NCBI GenBank assembly: GCA_003614675.1
Contig: ML002287.1
Location: 1-47,440, forward strand
Source of the DNA: Dimargaris cristalligena
Taxonomy: Eukaryota
DNA: 47,440 nucleotides
Reading direction: 5' to 3'
Shown here piece by piece: positions 38,204 to 47,440 of this stretch. A program made the translations under genes and the position numbers. Below the pieces are notes generated by a model. That model worked only from the letters and a program-made list of their open reading frames with translations, did no database searches and was not told the DNA's origin. Within the stretch, counting starts at the first letter, position 1; each line of letters starts with the position of its first letter.

Positions 38204-39550
38204 TCAGGCGGACTGTTGTTTATAGTGGATTTCGGAGCAACCCCGTAACTGAGAGGCCGCCTGTTCGGGAGTAATATCTCGCTGGGGCTGAGCCAGCATT
38301 TCAAATCTGGTCGAGGGTATAGCATTTTGGAAGAGTAAAAAGTAGTTGAAATGGTTAGGAAAACACGCTAAAGCTCCTATAGTTGGAGCTATGTTTTTGG
38401 CGAATAGCCCAGTTAGCTAGACCCGACCAACGAACAGTTTAGTAAAGTCATTAAACAATAAAATAAGTTACTAGGCACTACTAATTGGCACTTACCCTAC
38501 CAAATACTTCTTAATCGAGGCACTGCGCAACAGTGGCGGGTAGAAATGAATATGGAAATGAGACCGTTCCTGGCGTTGGTCGTTGGTAAACGGGGCCTGA
38601 TGAATCCCCATGGAATACGGAAAGGAGCACTTGAATAGGTTATCATAGCGGCAAGTAATACGACGTAAAATATCAGCGAGCCAATTCCGGTCAGTGTCGG
38701 TCAGATCCTGTAGGGATCGGTGATGGGCTTTACTCAAAACCATCGTTTCAAAGGGCCAGACGGCCCAGTAAGGCACTACACACAGGAAACCCTCATTTTG
38801 GCACACTACCCGAGAACCGTCGGAACATTCGGCCTGAAGGTAGTCGCACAGTAAACAAGGCTGCCCAGCTGGACAGCTTTCCTCCGGCAATGGGTCGCCG
38901 GTGGCCGACCGGTAACTTGTGAACTGCTGTAGCTCAGTGGCTACTTCGGAAGGGATGGTATCGAGGGCCCAGACTTGACCATGTGGGTGGGTGCTGGAGC
39001 AGCCCATGGCACTGCCTTTGTTTTCGAAGAATTGGGCATACCGAAGAGTAGGATCAGCGCGAAGGGCGGAATACATGGTACACCAGCGATCAACCACGGC
39101 CCGAATGGCTGACGTATCCATTTCCGCGAGTGTTAGGTCGTGGCGCGGGGAGAAGCAGATTACTTGGCACTGGCCACCCACGGGACGGGCCCTGAACAGA
39201 GACTTTGGAGGGGCTGCACCTGTCTCATTGCTCGATGCAGGCGATACTGCGGCCTTCTCGACCGGTAAAACCGCCGGAAAATCGTTGGGGAATATGTAGG
39301 TTTCTTTATAGTCAGGGTTACGGAGCACTCCAAGGGATCTATCCACTGCTGACGTGCGAGAGTTCCTAGGACATAGGTAGCAGTCGGGGTCATACGTGGG
39401 TTTGGTCACGGTAATATCGGTAGCTTCGGACTCGCCTTGCCAAGGTCGGCTGGCCCGCTGTGGGGAGCACAGTACCCAGGTTCCGGTCAAGGGATTGTAT
39501 CGCTCATGGGGCTGACTAAGGTCCAACGAAGAGGGTGCAGAGAGGGCCAT
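38204..39550 (-). CDS. GAL7: Galactose-1-phosphate uridylyltransferase
   Basis: Exons 39550-38496 and 38306-38204. Motifs [54 protein letters not shown] (catalytic HPH), [30 protein letters not shown] and [34 protein letters not shown]. Confidence 0.97.
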
Positions 39551-40137
39551 GTCGAACGTCACCGAAGTAAGAACCACTGGAAAGGGACGAGAATGTAGTT
39601 CAATAGGAGGTCGAGAGGCTTCAATAGTCACAAGGTCCGGATGAGAGGAGGTTGCTTATTGGAATACGGGTTAAGGAATGGTAGGCAAAACGAAAGACTA
39701 AAGTAAGGAAAGAAGTGGCTGCGTAGTGCTTCACATGCCCAGCCCGGGGATTATTAGCCCACCTGGGAATTATTGCCCTCCGTTAGGTTAGTGACGGCCA
39801 GGATAATGCTTAACAGGAATAGCCTATTCCCCTCCGGAGTGCGCTGATTCAACATGCGGCCATTATGCCTTAAAGATACGAAACCGAGTTACACGAAATG
39901 GATGCCTTTAATGAATAGAGAGATGCCGACGCTATGGCTATTCAATAGCGTTGCAAAATATTTAAATGTATGAAGGAAAAAATAAAGCGGAGTCGGAGAT
40001 ATTTAAATATCATCCTAACGAAGTCCCCCTCGCATAAGACATATGGGGATTAAGAGGGACTTCTTACAGCAAGTCAAATACGGGCATCAGATCCGCATGA
40101 CCGTTGGAAAATTAAAAAAAGGCCGAAACAGATAGGC

Positions 40138-42084
40138 TTAGTCAAGTTTTACAGCTGCAAAAATCTTGCGCAGGAAGTAATAAGTGGCAAAGAAAGCGAC
40201 GCTACCGAAGCATAGGAAGTAGGCGCAGGAGGCCAGCAAACTGTCGACCATGAAGACCAGGCCGGGGACAAACTGGGAGACGTTCAGGCGGGTGAAGAAG
40301 TAATGTACGGAGTACAGGAAGATGAAGAAGGCCGAGCTACCGCCGAATAGGTAAGAGCGCCACCACCAGCGGTGATTCTCGCTACAGAGCTGGAAGTAGA
40401 TCATGACAATGGTGATTTCAATGACCGTTATAATTAGGATAGCGCCCACGAGCACCATGAAGCCGAACATGTAGTAATATTTATCTTGCCAGATGGACTT
40501 GAGCATAAAGTATACTTCCACAAAAATAACCCCAAAAGGGCAAGCGCCGGTGATAAAGATGGCGACGGGGCTCTTGAGATACCACGGCTGCGGGGGGATT
40601 TGCCGCGGAATCTGGTTGGTCCGCACAGGGTGCTGGATCTCAGCTTTCCGGGAGCCCAGGAAAGCACCGGCAACGGTAAGGGGAACGGACAGGCCAATCC
40701 ACAGCACAGCAATGGCCACGAAGGTGCCGAAGGGCAGGGCACTGGACGAGTGATAGGCCCAAATGAATAGGTTGAGACCGGAAAACAGGGTGATACACAG
40801 ACCGGGTACCATCATGCCAGTCATGAGGGCGTTCTTGACCCAGGCGGTACCACGCCATACCTTGTACACACGGGCGCTCCAGTAGCCTCCGAACACGCTC
40901 ATGGCAACATACGCCAGGGCACCCACCGAGACCATACCGCCACGGTAGGACGGGCTGAGCACACCCATAGCAGCCAACACCGTAACGGTGACGGCCACCA
41001 AAAGTAGCTGAACCCCACTACCGAGAAGCGGCGCCAGGAGCCCTCCGAACTTGGGCGGGCGGAACACATCCCCGTGAAGCAGCTTCCAGCCAATGGTTTC
41101 GAGTTGGTCTTCGCGGAGATCTTCGTCATTGTACATACTCAGATCGCGGTTCAATACGCGTAGCATAATGATAGCAATGATACCGGACAACAGGATGTTG
41201 ACGAACACGGAATTGATGATGGAGTACCAGTGAACGCTGGAATGGCCTGCCGACAGGTAGCGGTCCCAGCGGTTACGCCAGCGTACGGTCGGCTCCTCCT
41301 TCCACACCACTGAGTACGTGTAGGTCAGCTTGGTGTCGCTGTTATCGGCGCTCCCGATGGGCTGGCGGGAAGGGTTGGTTTGGGAAAGGTCGGGACAGCC
41401 CCCCTGGTTGTTGTAGATGGAGAGCGGATACACCTCGAATCCCACGATTAACCGCCGCTCTTTGCCGTGGCTGTCGGCGGGGGTTCCGGCGCCGGGTAGC
41501 GAGCCATCGTTATGACTCAGGTCGCTGGCAGAACGCACGGTTTCGTACAGAACCTGTATGGTGACGTGGTTATGGATGTACGCCACATCGGTGAATTTGT
41601 TATAGAACCCCAATGGGAACCCGGGCTCATACGACTTGGCACCGGTATCAACGGCCCGAAAGGTGGTGGCCCCGGGCAGATTGTCGACGATCCACTCAGC
41701 ACGGTAATCCTTTTGGATGAGCTGCTTCGCTTGTTCGGCCTGTTCGGAGGTCACGGTCCGGGAACACAAAACCTGACAGGTCTGGTTCTGGCCCATGGTC
41801 AGTTGGTACTCCGAGCTCATGATACGATCACCCCGAAGTACCTCACCCAGGTTGAGCCATACGTGCTCAGGGGTAGCGGGTTTGCACACGAAATCCAGGT
41901 CATAGTATGCGTACGGGAGGGGAGTTCTGTCCGATGTGACTTTGTTAACGAAGAGGGGTACCTTTTGGCCCGGCTCGACGTACTGGGGACCGACAGATGG
42001 GACATAGAAGGCCTGGATAGCAGGAGTGGCCAACACCGTAAGGCCCAGTAGGGCTGTCACGGCCCTATTCAGGGTGAAAAACAT
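40138..42084 (-). CDS. TMN3: Transmembrane-9 superfamily (EMP70/nonaspanin) protein, Tmn3-like
   Basis: Intronless; first ATG at 42084 followed by a signal-peptide-like stretch. Motifs VNKVTSDRTPLPYAYYDLDFVC, LNLGEVLRGDRI, WIVDNLPGAT, HWYSIINS, GWKLLHGDVFRPP, PVRTNQIPRQIP and YFQLCSENHRWWWRS; C-terminal KLD (KxD/E Golgi-retention type). Confidence 0.93.
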   Translation of the reverse strand: MFFTLNRAVTALLGLTVLATPAIQAFYVPSVGPQYVEPGQKVPLFVNKVTSDRTPLPYAYYDLDFVCKPATPEHVWLNLGEVLRGDRIMSSEYQLTMGQNQTCQVLCSRTVTSEQAEQAKQLIQKDYRAEWIVDNLPGATTFRAVDTGAKSYEPGFPLGFYNKFTDVAYIHNHVTIQVLYETVRSASDLSHNDGSLPGAGTPADSHGKERRLIVGFEVYPLSIYNNQGGCPDLSQTNPSRQPIGSADNSDTKLTYTYSVVWKEEPTVRWRNRWDRYLSAGHSSVHWYSIINSVFVNILLSGIIAIIMLRVLNRDLSMYNDEDLREDQLETIGWKLLHGDVFRPPKFGGLLAPLLGSGVQLLLVAVTVTVLAAMGVLSPSYRGGMVSVGALAYVAMSVFGGYWSARVYKVWRGTAWVKNALMTGMMVPGLCITLFSGLNLFIWAYHSSSALPFGTFVAIAVLWIGLSVPLTVAGAFLGSRKAEIQHPVRTNQIPRQIPPQPWYLKSPVAIFITGACPFGVIFVEVYFMLKSIWQDKYYYMFGFMVLVGAILIITVIEITIVMIYFQLCSENHRWWWRSYLFGGSSAFFIFLYSVHYFFTRLNVSQFVPGLVFMVDSLLASCAYFLCFGSVAFFATYYFLRKIFAAVKLD

Positions 42085-42695
42085 GGGTAATCCAAAATAG
42101 TGCCGAGAAGGGAGCAATGGGTCCAATAATCAAGTACAGTAGGTAAGGTTTTTTAAAAAAGGCCACCGACAAGAGGGGGAGAAGTGAGGGAAGGGTCGTT
42201 GCGTGCAGGGCGGAATAGACGAAGCTAATAGCCTAGAATATGTATGAAAAAACGGCACCAGGGAATCGCAAACTAGATGAGGCAACCCAGGGAGATTGGA
42301 AGGAAATACCATCAATAACCCCAGCTTGTCGGGCAGTGGAGTATCGAACACACCCCATAACCACACAGGAGAGAGACTCTTCCTCTCTCCTGGTCTCCAA
42401 TGGGACAGCCAATGAAAATGCCAATGCTCTTCTTACAGGAATAGTATCATTTCTATTATGTACCAACACAGCGGCAGAGCTTCTCGCAAAACGATCACTA
42501 TCTGTACATTAAGGCTTGCCTCCACGACTAAAGCCAATAGCCACGTTGGAAATCACCGCCGCTTGGTTCTCTAAATATACCAGATTGGCCAAGTAACACC
42601 AACGGATAAAATAAATTGCCACAATGACGACTCAATATAAATCAGACTGTTCGACGGAACACTGGAAAAATATATAAATCAATTGGAAAAATATT

Positions 42696-42700
42696 AAAAA
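42696..42700 (-). terminator. Pol III oligo-T terminator of tRNA-Phe
   Basis: TTTTT on the minus strand 6 nt after the tRNA 3' end, with a second T-run just beyond. Confidence 0.7.
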
Positions 42701-42706
42701 GAGAAG

Positions 42707-42731
42707 TGCGCCCTTCGTGGATTGAACACGA

Positions 42732-42772
<41 letters not shown>

Positions 42773-42779
42773 AGGCCGC
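42707..42779 (-). tRNA. tRNA-Phe (GAA), intronless
   Basis: GCGGCCT TA GCTC AGTTGGGA GAGC G TCAGA CTGAAGA TCTGA AGGTC TCGTG TTCAATC CACGA AGGGCGC A folds into a 73-nt cloverleaf with anticodon GAA; TATA-like ATATATTAAATAT lies about 20-30 nt upstream. Confidence 0.97.
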
Positions 42780-43966
42780 CTCATGTCATGGGGTAAGATA
42801 TTTAATATATCTCACAAATTTAATTTTCGCCCGATCCCCCGCCTACTTCAATTGATCTGAATCGCTGAAATAGCCTTAAGATGTCTAGCAATGATGCGAT
42901 AAGATGGATCGAACGATCATTGAATAGCCCTATGGATGCGACAAGCGATTGCCAAGTATCGACCTATAGAATGTAATACGAAAATGGCATTTAATCCAAG
43001 CCTCGGTTTATAGTGTAATGGAACTAGGGGGACCCCCTTAATCATCTCATTTAAAAATAATAATTCGCTACAGATCATCTATGAATATCATGTATATCAC
43101 TGGCGGTACCATACAATTCTTCGGTTTAAAAATTATTCTATAGAGTATGGTCCCAAGCAGTTTGGTAGCCTATTTAATTGAAACAGGGATTTCAACCCCA
43201 TGAATGAGAAAAATTGTAACCTCCGACTTGGGATATGACCGTGCTAATTTTGCGATTTAACAAATTAGTAAAGAGGGTATTGCATGCGGATGCTATCCTA
43301 TTCTCATAATCCACTGAGTGAGAACACTCCTGATTTCGGTATTTGTAAACAAAACGAAGATAAAGAAACAGGCGATAGGAATGGTTATGAATCTGGCGAC
43401 CGGGCGGTGAATGATCGGTTTAATTCGGCCGTTGGCACTACAATTCCTAGTAGTAAAATTTACCAGTTTTGGGTAAATGGGACGGTACCCCGCTTAAAAT
43501 TACATCGTCTCGTCCGGCGATTCAACTCAGGTAAAACCTGACTCGATCCACCCGCCCCATTACACCTGGCTCCTGATTGACACTGTATCGGAGTGCTTTA
43601 AGGCTCCTTTGATGGCCAAGGGCTTTTTAGTATTAACCCGAGCAGCGTGCCTCTAAGGCACAGTCCGCCACAGGGGCAGAAGGTACTGTAGAACTTGTAA
43701 CTCCGTAGTGAGTCGCAATAATTGGTCTTGGAGTTTGCTTAGACCATAGTAACCCATGTTCAACGAAGTGCAAACCGCAGTGCTACCCCATTCGCTTACA
43801 TGTCTCCATAAGTCTACTACATTCATTGCTCTTATTCATTTACACTTGGCTTTTACTCCGCTAAACCACAACCCAGCCTAACCCAGAGAGTTCGCTTTTC
43901 TAGGCCTTGCACCGACCTTCGATTCCCGTTTATTGTATTTTATTCCGTCTGTATACTAGTGCCACT

Positions 43967-45687
43967 ATGGAGCCAGGCCTCGTTCTACGCTTTGCACAGC
44001 CCATTCGTCTAGTAACCCTGGATGCCTTTCACACCCTTTACACCCCCGTTGGCGGGGTGGGAGCACACTATGTTAGTAGACCTTTATTCTAAGTTGCATG
44101 TCCCAATCGAATTCCGTCGGAGTACTCAGAGTGGCTACATGAGCAACCCTTAGAAACCACCACGGTGTAATGGGCCGTTATTACGTTTCGGGAAAGTGCG
44201 GTTCTTACGGTTTGTTGCAAGTCGTCAGTTACGGATGCTAGTTTGACAGCTCAATACAACGCGCAAAAGAGCCCCCTTCCGTACTACACGCTCTTCTATT
44301 CAACCACCGCACCCGCCTAACATATACCAGCGTTTGGCTTTTATTTGAAATTTCCAAACCTCACTGCACCCCCTCCTCCCCTTTAGGCCACGGAAATTCG
44401 TAAGCTTGGGCTTCCTGTAACTAACGAAGAAGTCGAAGTTGCTTTTCGGAAGACCTACCACAAGTACACCCAACTTTACCCCAACTACGGCTATAACCAG
44501 CATATGGGCTCAAAGCGGTGGTGGACTAATGTAAGCCCAAGGGCCAAGACGGCTCGTTACCGTTAATCTGACTTATAGCAATACAATTATCTATCACCCG
44601 GAAGCGACGGTTTAGCATGTGATAACCTTAATGTGCGGCTGATTGTTTATATTTTCTTACGGTTCTTAAGTTGGTGCGGGATACATTTAAACGCGTGGGA
44701 CTGGCTCGCAAAGGTAGGTTTGGCTGATTAGCATTCATATTGGCGCAAGTTCAAGCCGAGCGGTATCATTTATTTCGTCGGATTCTAGACCAGCACTCCC
44801 CCTCCGCATATCCCAACCTATACCATGGTATCGAGACATGCAACTAACCTTCCTCCAACCCGCCGGCTATACGGATGGATCTGTCAAACTGGAATCAGCC
44901 GATCCCAATGATATAGAAAGGGCCAGCAATGCCGTCTTTGAGCTTTTTGCAACTGCCCGGCCCTATCGCGTTTTCCCGGAATGCCAACGGGTCCTAACTG
45001 AATTGAAACAAAGGAATATTGCAGTCGGTGTGGTTTCGAATTCCGACGAGCGAACCGGTACGTAAATCACCGGAAGTCACCCTGGGTTTTCTATATATTT
45101 GAAGTGCGCAGTAGGGTCCAACCGAGACCCGCTACTAGTAACCCCATTTCTAAGCGACCCCTTTGCGCCTACACTCTTTAACCTGGCTTTAAAAATAACC
45201 CGACTATTCCAGGCGAGCTGATTCAGGCCCTGGGTCTTGGTCAGTGGACTGATTTTATCCTAGTGAGCGCCACTTTTGGATTTGAAAAACCCGCCCCCCA
45301 GATCTTTCAAGAAGCCCTTCGGCTAGGGCACTCCGCACCAGAGAATACCCTACATGTAGGCGATCATCGCGAAAAGTAAGCTATTGTACACAGCCCACTT
45401 GGTATACCAACTTTAGTCTGGGGTAGAGACGATACAACCTGACCGTCCTTGCCCATTGTACTGGTCCATGGTTCTCTAATGCGCGTCCGCCCACTTGCCC
45501 TTGGTCAATATGCCACAATGTACGCTCACTAATTCACCCCGCCCCTATCTCCCATTCACTCACTAGTGACTACCTCGCCCCTAAGCGCCTGGCTATGCAT
45601 TCATTGCTCCTCGATCGACGATGCAGTAATGCCAACCGTACCCCTGGTGTCATCAATAACCTAGAGCAGATATTCGAGTACATTTGA
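43967..45687 (+). CDS. HAD-superfamily hydrolase, HDHD3-like
   Basis: Exons 43967-44071, 44387-44530, 44671-44713, 44899-45057, 45213-45375, 45567-45687. Motif I RLVTLDAFHTLY, cap region YPNYG..WW, motif II GVVSNSDER, motif III GFEKPAPQIF and motif IV LHVGDHRENDY. Confidence 0.9.
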
Positions 45688-46917
45688 TTGTCATGGATAT
45701 GCCCGTTGGGAATCCTTCCCCCGCTGCTTAATCGGTGGGGTATATCATCGGTTCCGATGAGGTGTGGGGATACGCGATTTTCGGGTTTCGTGGAAATTGA
45801 TCTCAAGGATCGATCACCACATCTTCTGGCACGACGACGTATGCCTCCGTTGCAGGCTACTGGCGTTATGTTTCAAAAAGCGAAACGTACGTTTCCCAGC
45901 TCTTCATTGAAACTCGAGGATAGTCCCTAAATCTTTCCTACTCCTTGCTTCCTTACGGACATATCGGTTAATCCGCAAGATACCCATTTTTTAAAAAAAA
46001 TAACCAAGGATTCCTGGCTATCTCGGGCGGCTGCTTAACGTGCAATATACTGTTTAAAGTATTATGTTTAAATGCGGGTATGTGGTTGTCACTCGAACAT
46101 TGAGCAATTCGCCAACTCATTAGACTGCACTATTTCCACACAAGCTTGGTATTAACCTCACATTAACATGTTTTTGAAGGATCGAATGCAGATTTTAATA
46201 TATATATTTTTTGGTACAATGCTACGGAAATGCAGAAGGAGGCTAATCAATATAGTAAAATAGTAAGATAGACGAGCACATATTTACACAAACATATAAA
46301 TGGTAATTACAGAGAAAGTCGGTAGGACTATGGGGCCAAAGCGAATGACCCGGGGTTATTGCAAGGTGCTCGCTTTTTGGCATAGTACGGTCAGATAGAT
46401 GTAAAATATAATTACGATGGTGTCGAAGAAGGGAATAAAGAGAGAAGCTGAGCGAGGGAATATTTTCCAGGTCAGTGGGCCGGCCTTAAAAAACAACTGG
46501 GTCATCATAAAATAAAAATCGGTGAAGGTCAACCGACAATCTGAACGTGAAAGACATTTACGGTGGTGGGAGAAGGATAGGACGCGATAGTCGCCGAAAA
46601 TGGGTATAATACATGTACGCTGATACTAAAGGAGTCAAAAATAGATGGAGTCCATGGGGTGGAAATCAAACCGACCGGACATGGCTGTAACATAAATTCC
46701 GGGATATAAAAAATAATAATAAATGCGGGTACTTTTAGGCCACGTCGTCGGTGTGGGGTATAACTACAATGCCAACCCATCGATTGGGAGATTGGATAAT
46801 CGATAGTAATATAGCGGTATAGCATCTATACATATATTAAGATACAAGAAATAAATAGCTAGCGACTGAGGGGCGATTAAAGAAAAGGGGCAGGTTCAAT
46901 TGCGCGAGAACAACATT

Positions 46918-47439
46918 CTACTGCTGGTTGAGCATCTGGGACGGGAACATAAGGGACGTGTTGGTCGGCGAAGGCAGCTCAAACGCCAGACGCTGGGTGT
47001 AATCGGCCGACTGTTCACCCGTCGGAGTACCCGACGCTCCGTTGTTGGAGTTCAGGAATTGGGATTCGAGCGAATAGCCCGTGGTCGATTGAGCACCCGC
47101 TGGGGTGTTGTAAGGGTCCTGCTGGTAGCCGGTGGAGTGCATGGCCATGGAGGGGTTCATGTAGCCATGGAAGTCATTAGCGGCCCCTTTCCCAGCGATG
47201 GCATGGTCCATGGTGGAAGCGTACAAACTAGACTGGTAGTCCGTGAGGGGGACGTCTATGGATCCCTGGGAATTGGAGTGACCATGGCTCTGGTAGCTAG
47301 CGGCCATGGCCGCGGCGTTGTGGTCGTAGCCGGTGTAGCCTGTGGGGTAGCCCGAAGAAGAGGCGGCGGCGGCTTCGGCCGGGTCGTTTCCTGTGCGATG
47401 GCCGATTTGATATTGCTGCAGCTGCTGATGTTCGGACAT
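46918..47439 (-). CDS. Low-complexity S/A/Q/G/Y-rich protein, probably the 3' end of a gene extending beyond the window
   Basis: 173-codon open frame running to the window edge, with C/G-ending codon bias like the other genes here; no recognisable domain. Confidence 0.7.
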   Translation of the reverse strand: MSEHQQLQQYQIGHRTGNDPAEAAAASSSGYPTGYTGYDHNAAAMAASYQSHGHSNSQGSIDVPLTDYQSSLYASTMDHAIAGKGAANDFHGYMNPSMAMHSTGYQQDPYNTPAGAQSTTGYSLESQFLNSNNGASGTPTGEQSADYTQRLAFELPSPTNTSLMFPSQMLNQQ

Positions 47440-47440
47440 G

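Noticed and set aside
1845..39550. Apparent nutrient-response cluster (acuM, mei2, Usv1-like TF, GAL7)
   Set aside because: Interspersed with unrelated housekeeping genes, with no shared motif or tight linkage.

Overview
Intron-rich fungal genomic DNA. The GT-AG introns of about 100-770 bp and the gene content suggest an early-diverging fungus, but the taxon is inferred only. Ten protein-coding loci can be reconstructed: an AcuM/Rds2-type Zn2Cys6-PAS transcription factor, mitochondrial ribosomal protein mL46, a 13-exon Mei2-like RRM protein, ESCRT-III Vps60/CHMP5, a Usv1/Msn2-type C2H2 transcription factor, a 6-exon ANKRD40-like protein, GAL7, a TM9SF/Tmn3 protein, an HDHD3-like HAD hydrolase and a low-complexity ORF at the right edge. 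There is also one tRNA-Phe(GAA) gene. The most unexplained structure is a dispersed 138-bp element with imperfect 27-bp terminal inverted repeats, present in 5 copies. The four complete copies align without a gap despite up to about 25% divergence; two copies form a head-to-head hairpin and one is flanked by a 25-bp direct repeat. A 15.3-kb gene-free region lies upstream of the C2H2 factor. I found no transposase, CRISPR array or viral gene, and no clear-cut new multi-gene system. All family calls come from recalled motifs, not database searches.
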